Assembly: GCF_014656435.1 (NCBI RefSeq) | Contig: NZ_BNCK01000006.1 | Coordinates: 1-64,000 of the forward strand | Direction of reading: 5' to 3' | Origin: Thalassotalea marina | Lineage (GTDB): Bacteria > Pseudomonadota > Gammaproteobacteria > Enterobacterales > Alteromonadaceae | Length of the DNA stretch: 64,000 bases | Part shown: positions 19,326-31,288 of the stretch, piece by piece | Position numbering within the stretch: the stretch's first letter is position 1 | How the letters are laid out: each line of letters starts with the position of its first letter | Made by a program: the position numbers and the translations under genes | The notes under the pieces: generated by a model | What the model was told of the DNA's origin: nothing | Seen by the model: the letters and a program-made list of their open reading frames with translations, nothing else | Databases searched by the model: none

Positions 19326-21788
19326 TTAAATAAACTCAGTAAAAGGAACCAATTCATTCTTTAATAGCCAATATTGTGTAATAGGGTTATGAATTGGCGA
19401 GTCGCTAGGCACCAATTCGGTTTTACCCCAAAAAACGGGATACCCCATCAACTTTGATTCGGCTAGCAGGTTTTGCTCAGGTAAAACAATGCGATAATAA
19501 CCGTGTTTGTCTTTAAAAAAGCCATCGCGGTCTATGATCAATTCACCATTTTTAACATTGTAGCCAGTCCACACTTTTTGTTTGCTGTGCCAAGTTGCAA
19601 AACAAATCAGGTACAGTTGATTGTTTTGTTTGCTAAGCCTTATTGGGTGGCGATCATCATCAAAGGTATTTTTGCCATCAAGTTCAAAATCACCATCAGA
19701 AACTGGCACTCTAAGCTCTACCACCACCTCTTCTATCTGCTGATATTCAATGGCATTTATTTTGTCTTTAATAAAACTGGCCAACATGCTCAGTAATGGC
19801 CCATTAATTAAACCTAAATTTAACAAATTTGACGATGTGACCATTTGCTCAACGCGGTTTGAAAGTGCCATCAACCCCATTTTAAAATGGGCCATATAGG
19901 TGTCGTATTCAGGGTAGTTTTTATCAAATGGCGCTGGCAATGTTGTTGGAACTTTACCATGTGGGATCGCAGAGGCTTGCTGCATAAATTCCATTGCACA
20001 ATACCTGGCAACGTCTACCTCATAACGGCTTGGTATCGGCGACATAAAACCCGCAAATGCAGCTATAGGACTTCCCGGTAAAAATATTTTTTCGAAATTT
20101 TCATCAGACTTTTTATAAAATGGACCAATCGCAATGAGTTGGCTATTGCGACTTTTTGCCGCTAACCCACTAATAATATCAACAAAACTAAACACCAATG
20201 CCGTCATGATTTTCTTTTGTTCGTCTGCAGAAAACTCAGTGATGTCATTACTGACGTCAATTTGCTCTGCTAATGGCGATAAATCTGCGACAACGGAGTC
20301 TTTTTCATTAGCTAAGCGCCAGATTTCACCGGCAATAGTGGTTGGCAATGTAGGAATGGGATCTTTGTCAGATAATTCAGTTAAAAAATTAGCGATTTGA
20401 GCTTTTAAATTTAAAAAATTATCGTTATTTGGCGCAATAGCATTGGTAATACATGCTCTGAGCTCATTTCGCATTAATAACTTGTTTGCGATTTGAAAAG
20501 TGCGATGTTCCTCTTTTGCTTCGGCTTGTGCACTAGAAACGGTTGCCTGAGTCACTACTTGCCCAATAAGCTTATCCAGCGACGTTTTTTGATATAAATC
20601 GTTACCGTCAAATGCTCTAAAAACTTTTAGCGGCCCTGCTAACGCTTGTTGCGTCTGCCAATCGGTCAACCCAGGTAAATAATAATTAGGCTCAGCACCT
20701 ACGTTAGGGTCAACAAAAATTATCCTTCGTTCATAATTGGTATTTTTATCTAAGCCATCAATATGAGAAGCAAGTTTAAACGCTTCAGCAACAGGCTCGT
20801 TATTAAATGCTCCACCATCTATGTAGCTAAACCGCCCAGAGCTTTCTCCTTTATATGGCCATAAAGTCGACGGATATTCCCAGTTGTATCGCTTTAAGGT
20901 CACTGGCTCAAATGCCACCGGAAAACTGCCACTGGCGACAGCCGTTGCAACGATATGCTTCCAGTCGTCACCAGAGCGTAGGTCAAAGGTTTCATCAGGT
21001 ATTTGATCGCCCCAATGCAAACGGACCCAACGTTTAGGGTGCTGGTCTTGTTGGGATAGTTTTTCACTTGGCACCGCAGCAAAGTTAATATCAAATATTC
21101 GCATTTCTTTGTGCTGAAACGATGTAAGTGCATCATTGGTTGCAATATTGCTATCTTTGGCAACGGGATATAATTGGTAAGCTTTAGCATGAATTGGGTT
21201 TAAGTTGGCAATGCTGCAGCCATAAAGTACTCGATTAGCCAGCAACATGTGTTTTGCTTTATCACTGTTTTTATATTGCCCACTTGAAGGCATTAAATTT
21301 GCGCGAGCAATATCCACCACTGTTTTTTTATTGACCACACCACATTGAAATTTAAGCGGTGGAATATTGGCATCGCCATCTGGTTCTAACAATCGCTCTA
21401 AAGTAATTTGGTTAACCCAAATATCATTCATCACCTCTTGTGCCAGTTGAGCATCAACTAATTGCTGTTGCTTTTTATCACTAAACCCTTGCCACTTTTT
21501 GTCACTAATATCGTAAAGCGTTTTTAATGATTGTATTGCATTGTTTCTTTTTTCTGCGCCTTTATTGGGAAAAGCTAAACATTTGAGCATGATCCCTAAG
21601 CTCATTGCCCCAGCACTGGCACCAGCAAACACATCAATTTCAACACTATCATAGGGTTGATTTTGCCCATCGACACCATAAAGCAAGGCGAGTTTTATTG
21701 ATTCAGTCAGTGCAGCGCCACTAAATGATCCCAGTGAAACACCGCCGCCCATTGCAAATCCTAGTTTTAATTTAGTTGCCATATCCAT
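19326..21788 (-). CDS. Patatin-like phospholipase (820 aa) with a ~420-aa C-terminal extension of unknown function. It is the first gene of the operon
   Basis: Oxyanion-hole Gly-rich motif FAMGGGVSLGSFSG, nucleophile elbow GASAG (GxSxG), and catalytic Asp in YIDGGAFNNEP (DGG). ATG start. 350 bp of AT-rich promoter region upstream. Confidence 0.8.
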   Translation of the reverse strand: MDMATKLKLGFAMGGGVSLGSFSGAALTESIKLALLYGVDGQNQPYDSVEIDVFAGASAGAMSLGIMLKCLAFPNKGAEKRNNAIQSLKTLYDISDKKWQGFSDKKQQQLVDAQLAQEVMNDIWVNQITLERLLEPDGDANIPPLKFQCGVVNKKTVVDIARANLMPSSGQYKNSDKAKHMLLANRVLYGCSIANLNPIHAKAYQLYPVAKDSNIATNDALTSFQHKEMRIFDINFAAVPSEKLSQQDQHPKRWVRLHWGDQIPDETFDLRSGDDWKHIVATAVASGSFPVAFEPVTLKRYNWEYPSTLWPYKGESSGRFSYIDGGAFNNEPVAEAFKLASHIDGLDKNTNYERRIIFVDPNVGAEPNYYLPGLTDWQTQQALAGPLKVFRAFDGNDLYQKTSLDKLIGQVVTQATVSSAQAEAKEEHRTFQIANKLLMRNELRACITNAIAPNNDNFLNLKAQIANFLTELSDKDPIPTLPTTIAGEIWRLANEKDSVVADLSPLAEQIDVSNDITEFSADEQKKIMTALVFSFVDIISGLAAKSRNSQLIAIGPFYKKSDENFEKIFLPGSPIAAFAGFMSPIPSRYEVDVARYCAMEFMQQASAIPHGKVPTTLPAPFDKNYPEYDTYMAHFKMGLMALSNRVEQMVTSSNLLNLGLINGPLLSMLASFIKDKINAIEYQQIEEVVVELRVPVSDGDFELDGKNTFDDDRHPIRLSKQNNQLYLICFATWHSKQKVWTGYNVKNGELIIDRDGFFKDKHGYYRIVLPEQNLLAESKLMGYPVFWGKTELVPSDSPIHNPITQYWLLKNELVPFTEFI

Positions 21789-22154
21789 ATACCTATCCGT
21801 AGCCTCACCACTAAGATAGTTTATTTTTTAGGCATGGCAAATTAAAAACTACTTAATGCTCTTGTACGGAACAACACTGCGAGATAAACGTATTTCTGAC
21901 ATAACTCTAGCTAAGCAACATATTGATTTAGTTAAAAGATACTCTTCACTGCCAAACAGTTGAAGCAATATTGGTATGTTCTAATCAATGATCAGTCACG
22001 ACATTGTTATAGTATAACAATACCTTAGCCTGCATTGGTTAACTACTGGCAGGTTATCTCAACTTTTAGTCGTCCAAACGCATTTAAGCTGCAATTGGTG
22101 TCTTTTCGTCCTAAGTTATCGTGGAAAAATAAAATAATAATTTTAAGGACTCTA

Positions 22155-23852
22155 ATGAAAAAGCTCTCTTTAATGGCACTTTGTGCCTCTACAGCTTTTA
22201 GCATGTCAGCAAGCGGCAATTCAGACCTAGACATCGCTAATAAAATTCGCGCAGAAGGCTTCTACAACTCAGAAGTAATGCATACTTTACAATACCTTAC
22301 TGACAATATTGGCCCAAGGTTGTCTGGTTCTCCTCAAATGAAGGAAGCTAACGAGTGGACTTTAAAGCAGCTAGAATCATGGGGCTTAAAAAATGCTTAT
22401 TTAGACCCATTTGAGTTTGGCCGTGGCTGGACTCACAGCGCTGCGTCAATTGATTTAATTTCTCCACGTAAAGTGTCGTTCCACGGTATTCCAGTTGCTT
22501 GGACACCAGGTACTAATGGTGACGTTACCGCTGAAGTTATCATGTTTGAAGCGTCTTCAATTGAAGATTTGAAAAAGTACAAAGGTAAACTTCGTGGCAA
22601 AATCTTAATGATGGGCGAAGGTCGCACTATTGGTGAGCCTCAAAGAACTATTTTCAAACGCCATGAGTCTTCAGATTTAGGCAAAATGAAAGAGTTTCCA
22701 GTAAACCGTGGTCCAAGTCATCGTTCTGACCGTCATCCTCACTACCATGAAACAAGTAAACAGCGTTACCTTTTCAACAAAGCGTTAAATAAATTCTTGA
22801 AAGAAGAAGGTGCAGTAGCTGCTGTTTACCGTAGCTGGCGTCAAGGTGGATTAGTAGGTATTTGGGGTAAGTCACATCAAGTAGGCAATACCTTCCCAAT
22901 TCCAGCTATGGTAATTGAAGCAGAGCAATATAACTTAATTAACCGTTTAATGGATGATGGCGATAATCCAAAAATCACCATGAACGTTAAAGCGAAATTC
23001 CATGACGAAGATCACAACGCATACAACACTATTGCGGAAATTCCTGGTACATCGGAAAATCCAAAAGTTGTTATGTTAGGTGGTCACTTAGACTCATGGC
23101 ATGCAAGTGATGGTGCTGTTGATAACGGTGCTGGTGTTGCGGTTGTCATGGAAGCGGTTCGTATATTAAAGGCATTGGATATCAAGCCTAAAAACACGAT
23201 TCGAATTGCCCTTTGGTCAGGTGAAGAGCAAGGTTTATATGGCTCTCGCGCCTATGTAGAAGAGCATTTTGCAACGCGTCCAAAACCAACTGATAAAGAT
23301 GAAGCGGCATTACCATCTTACTTATGGAAATCTCCAGGATGGCCAATTCAACCAAAATCAGACTACGAAGACTTCTCTGTATACTTCAACATGGATAATG
23401 GTAGTGGCCGATTCCGTGGTATTTACACAGAAGGTAACGTTGCCGTTAAGCCAATTTTTGGTGGTTGGTTTTCACCATATTCTGATTTAAGCACGGGTAC
23501 TATTACAAACCGTTCTACTGGTGGTACTGACCATGAATCATTTGATGATGTAGGTTTACCGGGCTTCCAGTTTATTCAAGATCCTCTTGATTATTCATCA
23601 CGTTTGCATCACACCCATATCGACTCGTTTGACCATGTTCTTGAAGACGATATGAAACAAGCATCAGTTCTTATGGCGGCTTTTGTTTACCAAGCGGCGA
23701 TGAGAGATGACGTGTTACCACGTAAACCAATGCCACAAGGTCCTTCGAAGTTGCAGAAAGAACAAATGCAACTGAAGAGTGACAAAGAGCGCAGAAAACG
23801 TGAACGCGACGCTTTACGAGCTTTAGAAGCACAAAAGTTAATTGAAAAATAA
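22155..23852 (+). CDS. Secreted M28-family zinc aminopeptidase with a PA domain and a K/R/E-rich C-terminal tail
   Basis: Signal peptide MKKLSLMALCASTAFSMSA. M28 metal ligands GHLDSWH, DNGAGVAVVME, WSGEEQGLYGS, and a HTHID segment. I place the start at 22155 (ATG, AAGGA RBS) rather than the track's upstream 22035. Confidence 0.8.
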   Translation: MKKLSLMALCASTAFSMSASGNSDLDIANKIRAEGFYNSEVMHTLQYLTDNIGPRLSGSPQMKEANEWTLKQLESWGLKNAYLDPFEFGRGWTHSAASIDLISPRKVSFHGIPVAWTPGTNGDVTAEVIMFEASSIEDLKKYKGKLRGKILMMGEGRTIGEPQRTIFKRHESSDLGKMKEFPVNRGPSHRSDRHPHYHETSKQRYLFNKALNKFLKEEGAVAAVYRSWRQGGLVGIWGKSHQVGNTFPIPAMVIEAEQYNLINRLMDDGDNPKITMNVKAKFHDEDHNAYNTIAEIPGTSENPKVVMLGGHLDSWHASDGAVDNGAGVAVVMEAVRILKALDIKPKNTIRIALWSGEEQGLYGSRAYVEEHFATRPKPTDKDEAALPSYLWKSPGWPIQPKSDYEDFSVYFNMDNGSGRFRGIYTEGNVAVKPIFGGWFSPYSDLSTGTITNRSTGGTDHESFDDVGLPGFQFIQDPLDYSSRLHHTHIDSFDHVLEDDMKQASVLMAAFVYQAAMRDDVLPRKPMPQGPSKLQKEQMQLKSDKERRKRERDALRALEAQKLIEK

Positions 23853-23870
23853 ACTTTTGTTTAACCATTA

Positions 23871-23903
23871 AAAAAACGGTGGGCTTGCCCACCGTTTTTA
23901 TTT
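23871..23903. terminator. Bidirectional Rho-independent terminator between convergent M28 peptidase and katG
   Basis: aaaaaAACGGTGGGCttgCCCACCGTTtttatttg: a 10-bp GC-rich stem flanked by an A-run and a T-run. Confidence 0.8.
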
Positions 23904-23922
23904 GTTCAAAAGAAAATTCAAT

Positions 23923-26190
<2,268 letters not shown>

Positions 26191-26346
26191 AATAGACTTC
26201 CTTCTATCTCTTGCTTTTTAAGGGTTCTGCATGAGTATAGAAGTAATCTGACAAAGCGAAATTGAGTAAACTAGAAGATGACGTTCAGTTTTTTTAATCA
26301 ATGTTTTTATATTTAACAAAAATAGTAATTTACCTAGTTCACCCGC

Positions 26347-27285
26347 TTATAATCGAACAAACATACTGGTATCAACTTTCTCTGTGATGCTTTGATTTAA
26401 CAAGCCATTGTTTAACATAACTTCATCGAGGATTAACATGGTCGCTTCCAGTTTGTAACGATTAATATAGGTATTGTTTAACTCTTTATTGGCCAGTTGC
26501 ACTCCTGTGGTCATCTCAGGCCACTCTGCGGGAGGTAAGTTTAAATTTGTACCCACTATTTTAAGCACCTCGGGATCTTTGTTTAGTAGCCTATTATTCA
26601 CTTTATATAAACTGTTAATCAGCTGACTTAACGTTTCTTTTCGACTGTCTTTTGCATAGCGATTAACCACCATAACATCAATAATTGGCGCATCATCCAT
26701 TTGTGAACTATCAAAAAGTTTATGCATACCCTGATTTAACATGTGATCGCTAAAAGGCGGAAAGGTAACAGCGGCGTCAATTTCATTTTTTTGAACCATT
26801 TCAAAGTGTTTATCTACTGTGGAATTGACAATTTCTACGTCTTCTAACGTTAAATTTGCGTGATCAAGCAAACTACTCAACACCAAGCGGCCTAAGGCTG
26901 TCGTTTCTACGCCGATACGCTTATCTTTTAACTGCGTTATCGATTCAACTTGCTCAGATGCTAACACCTGATCTGCGCCATTAGAAACATCCATGACGGA
27001 AACAAAGTGCAGTTCAACGCCCTTTTCAATCAATATCATAGCTTCATCTAAGGTAAGGCAAGCAACATCAATTTTTCCCTGCTCGAATAATGACATGACA
27101 TCAGTGGCATTAGATTGGCGTATCAAAGTTAACGGTTCATCAAGCATATTAAGTTTGTCGATTACATATAACGATTCATACCCTATCCAATTATTTGTAC
27201 CAATTTTTAACGGCCTAGTTTTGTCTGAACAACTCATTAACAGTAAAGCGCTTATCAATAACAATGTTTTCCATACTTTCATCAT
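26347..27285 (-). CDS. Periplasmic substrate-binding protein (NMT1/SsuA-like ABC-type SBP fold) acting as a partner of the upstream histidine kinase
   Basis: Lipoprotein-like signal (LLISALLLMSCSDK). SBP-like fold of 312 aa. Its ATG overlaps the kinase stop in an ATGA arrangement. Confidence 0.6.
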   Translation of the reverse strand: MMKVWKTLLLISALLLMSCSDKTRPLKIGTNNWIGYESLYVIDKLNMLDEPLTLIRQSNATDVMSLFEQGKIDVACLTLDEAMILIEKGVELHFVSVMDVSNGADQVLASEQVESITQLKDKRIGVETTALGRLVLSSLLDHANLTLEDVEIVNSTVDKHFEMVQKNEIDAAVTFPPFSDHMLNQGMHKLFDSSQMDDAPIIDVMVVNRYAKDSRKETLSQLINSLYKVNNRLLNKDPEVLKIVGTNLNLPPAEWPEMTTGVQLANKELNNTYINRYKLEATMLILDEVMLNNGLLNQSITEKVDTSMFVRL

Positions 27286-29153
27286 TCACTCTCCACAGGC
27301 ACTAAGTTCGCCAATTTGTTGTGCAGTGCGTTAAAATTAATGGGCTTTGTTAAATAGTCATCCATACCAGCGGCTAAACATTTTTCTTTATCACCCTCTA
27401 AACTGTTTGCCGTTAATGCAATAATATGGATGTCTTTGACCGGCGCAGCGAGCTCTCTTATCTCTTTTGTAGCTTGATAGCCATCTTTAACTGGCATCAT
27501 GCAGTCCATCAATACCCCTTGGTGACAACTGCTGATCTGTTTTACCGCCTCTTCACCATTGCTGACGAGATCGACAGTACAACCCATTTTTTTTAACGCA
27601 TCTTTGATCACCACTTGATTAATGCGATTATCCTCAGCGACCAATAAGTGTAAATTTAACGGTTCAAATGTCAGGTTTTCAGCTGGTTTGTCGTTATGTG
27701 ATTGCTCTTGTCTGGTATCAAATGCTTGGTCGGCTATTTCCATTAGCACGGAAATTGTAAACGTACTGCCATGCCCTTCCTCACTTTTTACCGATAAATC
27801 GCCAGCCATTTTTTCGCATATTTTTTTAGAAATAGACAAACCAAGGCCAGTGCCTCCGTAATGTCTTGTAGTACTTGCGTCGGCTTGTAAAAATGGATCG
27901 AAAATAGAATCCAATTTATCTTGTGCTATGCCAATACCGGTATCTTGAATATCAATGGTTAATTTGACGCCTTCCTGCAGAGTTTGTGTTGTCGCAATAA
28001 TCGAAATACTTCCTGCTTGAGTAAATTTAAAAGCGTTATTGAGCAAATTATTCAGCACTTGAGTTAAGCGATGACTATCACCTTTAAGTTTTGATTGACT
28101 GATGCCCGAACCGTCAAACGTTAAATTAACCGCTTCATTGCCATTACTGGCCTGATAAATTTCAACTTGCGCGTTAATTAACTCAGTAATATCAAAGTTA
28201 ATTTGCTCTAAAGTTATACCTGTACTCTCAATTTTTGACAGATTAAGAATGTCATTAATGATCATTAACAAGTTTTCACTGCTTGAAAGCGCTAACCTAA
28301 GATACTGTTTATCTTTTCGAGACATATCTTGGTTATCAATCATTTTCAATAAGCTTAAAGATGCATTCATCGGCGTACGAATTTCATGGCTCATGTTAGC
28401 TAAAAACTGCTCCTTAGCTAGTGCAGCCTGCTTAGCTTCGGCCAAAGATTGAGTAATTTTATCTTCATTATCTTTGAGTTTTTTACCTAATCGATGACCA
28501 AATAACGTGACTATGCTGATGATCACTAATACAACCACAGAGATCACAGATTCATACTGTTTCATCTGCTTAGCTCTTAATAGTTGTCGTTGAAAATGTT
28601 GATTTTGAATTTCAGTAATATATTGGGTTATTTCACCAATGGCGTGCGTAGTTGCATATAATTCCGCATCCATTTGCGACATATGCCCACCTGCCCTGAC
28701 GTTTTCATTTTTTGATATTGCATCAAAAATGTCGTAGGTATGGCTTACCATAGCGTTCATGTTGCTATTAATTTCTTCCAGGTAATGCTCTAGCTCAACA
28801 AGTTGCTCGGTAGTAAAAGATGAATTTAGATTCGCTTTTGCGTGTTTAAAAGCGGTATTAAACCAAGTAAGGTTTTGTTTTAAAGCTTGAGATTCGGCAT
28901 TAATATCACGTGACTCAAAAATTCTATTTCCAGGCTCGTTAACGGCCTGAGCGATGTAGCCAAGTTTGACAAACTCATTGACACTCAATGACATTTTTTT
29001 GTTGTCATTAACCGAGCTTTCATAAGTACTCATTAACACTTGTGTTAATGACAATGCCGCGACAATAGTGATGATATCAATTAGGGCCAACACATAATAT
29101 ACATGGTGCCAACGCAACTTTTGTTTCTTAGTCGCCAATGTTGATTGTTTCAT
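27282..29153 (-). CDS. Hybrid sensor histidine kinase (TM, helical sensor, HisKA, HATPase_c, C-terminal receiver)
   Basis: H-box SHEIRTPMN. G-box GTGLGLSISKKI. Receiver LVAEDNRINQVV…MDCMMPVKDGY. GGAAGG RBS. Confidence 0.85.
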   Translation of the reverse strand: MKQSTLATKKQKLRWHHVYYVLALIDIITIVAALSLTQVLMSTYESSVNDNKKMSLSVNEFVKLGYIAQAVNEPGNRIFESRDINAESQALKQNLTWFNTAFKHAKANLNSSFTTEQLVELEHYLEEINSNMNAMVSHTYDIFDAISKNENVRAGGHMSQMDAELYATTHAIGEITQYITEIQNQHFQRQLLRAKQMKQYESVISVVVLVIISIVTLFGHRLGKKLKDNEDKITQSLAEAKQAALAKEQFLANMSHEIRTPMNASLSLLKMIDNQDMSRKDKQYLRLALSSSENLLMIINDILNLSKIESTGITLEQINFDITELINAQVEIYQASNGNEAVNLTFDGSGISQSKLKGDSHRLTQVLNNLLNNAFKFTQAGSISIIATTQTLQEGVKLTIDIQDTGIGIAQDKLDSIFDPFLQADASTTRHYGGTGLGLSISKKICEKMAGDLSVKSEEGHGSTFTISVLMEIADQAFDTRQEQSHNDKPAENLTFEPLNLHLLVAEDNRINQVVIKDALKKMGCTVDLVSNGEEAVKQISSCHQGVLMDCMMPVKDGYQATKEIRELAAPVKDIHIIALTANSLEGDKEKCLAAGMDDYLTKPINFNALHNKLANLVPVESE

Positions 29154-29329
29154 GCCTTCCTAAATGACAAACGTCTGAAATTTTTGTTGAAATACCATTC
29201 CTTCTTGTTCTAACTCTAGCGCTAATCCATGAAAAATCAATGAATGATATCGGCTAAAACCTTTTCTAGAGAGATTAAACTTTTAGCGGTAAATTTAACG
29301 CAGGTTAAATGCATTAAAGCTCCAAAATA

Positions 29330-30112
29330 TTATTCAACACTTGTGCTTAAAGTTGCGTTTTTAATTTGTTCGATATAGTAATAAATAGGCCAAGTATGCG
29401 GTTTACCCAAAAAATTAGCCTCGGACTTTAATGCAGTTATATCAACACCTTGGCTATGTTTTGGCGCTTGATTACTACCAGGTACGTTATCGTCAGTATC
29501 AAAATAAGTGTTGCTAGCATCAGCACATTGGCCAAAATGATTTAACCCATAATGCCAAAACACACCACCATAAACGGATACCGGGTCAAGATAAACACTA
29601 TTAACTATCACGGATTGCCCTTCTAATGTTTGTGACTTGAGCCCTTCACAAATCCCTAAATTGACAAAAGCTCCACAGCTGTGGCCGATTACTTCAACCC
29701 GTTTAAGGTGCTGATTGGCCATTAACTTTTTGGCGACAATCTCTCCTATACGCCTGCCGTTCACAGAACATGTAAATGCGTTGTCGGCATATCGCTGCCA
29801 ATCTAAGGCGATAACCTCTGCTTGCGGATTTTTTTCTTTCAATGCTTCCTTAAGGTCAATTGCCCAAGAGTCGGCGTTATCTTTTAAGCCATGAGAAACA
29901 ACAATAACATGTGTGCTTTCACTTTGAGGAACCGATATTTGGTAAGGGGTAAAAGGCCAAAAAATGTAGCCTAGCAATACTAGAGTGACAACAACAAAAG
30001 AGACAACGGGAAAGTAAATTAAAAAGAATAATAGCCAAAACACTAGAGGTGTATGACGCTGATAAAATTTTCTAAACAAAGCGTTAATTTTCATGACAAT
30101 TCGACAGTTCAA
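29330..30112 (-). CDS. Membrane-anchored alpha/beta hydrolase (lipase/esterase-like). The likely real start is the ATG at ~30094
   Basis: N-terminal TM helix. GHSCG nucleophile elbow (VIGHSCGAF). It overlaps the upstream PPTase stop. Confidence 0.55.
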   Translation of the reverse strand: MNCRIVMKINALFRKFYQRHTPLVFWLLFFLIYFPVVSFVVVTLVLLGYIFWPFTPYQISVPQSESTHVIVVSHGLKDNADSWAIDLKEALKEKNPQAEVIALDWQRYADNAFTCSVNGRRIGEIVAKKLMANQHLKRVEVIGHSCGAFVNLGICEGLKSQTLEGQSVIVNSVYLDPVSVYGGVFWHYGLNHFGQCADASNTYFDTDDNVPGSNQAPKHSQGVDITALKSEANFLGKPHTWPIYYYIEQIKNATLSTSVE

Positions 30113-30737
30113 TAAATGTTAATTGATTTTCAGCTGGCAACACACAGGTGCAAATGTAGTTATCTTGGAGCAGATGCTGCGACACTAAGTTGTTGGCGGT
30201 AAGTAATGCTTCACTCTCTAATGAGAATAACTTTGTGAGTGAAATCTTGGTTGCTTTTGAAAGCGCTTCTTTTAATGTCCAAGCTTGATAAAAAGCACTA
30301 AAGGCATCTGACGAGTGCAACACATGGTTAACTTCATCCGCTGTTAAACAAGACACTGCCAATGCCTCTACACCACGCTTACGATTAATAAGCTCAATAT
30401 CGATGCCAATTGTAAAGTGCTGGCCAACAGCAAATATAACTGCAACCGCGTCATTAGAGTGGCTTAGTGCGCCATAGGCAAATAGTTCACCTTCAACAGT
30501 AATGTTTAACACGCTGGTATTAGTATCAAAAAACACTGCTACCGCCTGTAAACCGCATCCAAGGTGTTTCGCCACAACGTGTTTAATAAACCCTCGCGAC
30601 GCCAAAAACTGCCGCTGTGCTTTGTTACTCGTTTTTGTTGAAAATTGCGCTAATTCATTGGCCTGTAATGCCGACTTATCAAGAGCAAATTTGGCAGCTT
30701 TAGTCGAAACCGCCACATAAATAGGTTTATTTTGCAT
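30084..30737 (-). CDS. 4'-phosphopantetheinyl transferase (Sfp/EntD family)
   Basis: PPTase motifs FTIGIDIE (GxDxE) and WTLKEALSKA (W/FxxKEAxxK). 217 aa. Confidence 0.75.
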   Translation of the reverse strand: MQNKPIYVAVSTKAAKFALDKSALQANELAQFSTKTSNKAQRQFLASRGFIKHVVAKHLGCGLQAVAVFFDTNTSVLNITVEGELFAYGALSHSNDAVAVIFAVGQHFTIGIDIELINRKRGVEALAVSCLTADEVNHVLHSSDAFSAFYQAWTLKEALSKATKISLTKLFSLESEALLTANNLVSQHLLQDNYICTCVLPAENQLTFIELSNCHEN

Positions 30738-30840
30738 TCGTCATAAACGCCTTTTTGCCTATATCAATTGTACAAATGTTTGAATTTAGGGCGTATAATG
30801 CGCCATTCGAATAAAAGATGGAATACTTTAAAGGAATCCC

Positions 30841-31227
30841 ATGAAGAATGTTACTTTCTCATTATTAATGTTGTTTGCTGTTGCTGGCTGTTCAACTTCA
30901 CAACCAATATACAACGCAAATACAACAGTTCCAGTGACTATTAGCAATGACGCGATGGAAAAAGCGATTGTAGAGGCACTACTGTTTAAACGTTGGAAAA
31001 TTTTGTCACAATCTGAAGGTAAGATTGTTGCTGGTATTGAAGTAAGAACACACTATGCTGAAGTGGAAATAACGTTCGACGCTAACAAGTACGAAATTAA
31101 TTATAAAGACAGCAATAATTTAGACCATTCATCAGCTAGAAATAAAATTCATAGAAACTACAATAAATGGATCAAATTGTTAGCCACTGAAATAGATAGA
31201 AATGCATATATGGCTAAAAGCCAATAG
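30841..31227 (+). CDS. Small lipoprotein of unknown function
   Basis: Lipobox LFAVAGC|S. 128 aa. Confidence 0.5.
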   Translation: MKNVTFSLLMLFAVAGCSTSQPIYNANTTVPVTISNDAMEKAIVEALLFKRWKILSQSEGKIVAGIEVRTHYAEVEITFDANKYEINYKDSNNLDHSSARNKIHRNYNKWIKLLATEIDRNAYMAKSQ

Positions 31228-31235
31228 CATTACCT

Positions 31236-31269
31236 GAAAAAAAGCACTAATTGATTTAGTGCTTTTTTA
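31236..31269. terminator. Bidirectional Rho-independent terminator between the lipoprotein gene (+) and the end of the pigment operon (-)
   Basis: gaaaaaaAGCACTAAttgatTTAGTGCTtttttacc. Confidence 0.65.
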
Positions 31270-31288
31270 CCTTCTTCTATTCAAAACT

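Noticed and set aside
22035-22154. Upstream 40-codon extension of the M28 peptidase ORF
   Set aside because: The signal peptide begins at MKKLSL (22155) with an AAGGA RBS. The extension lies in the divergent promoter region.
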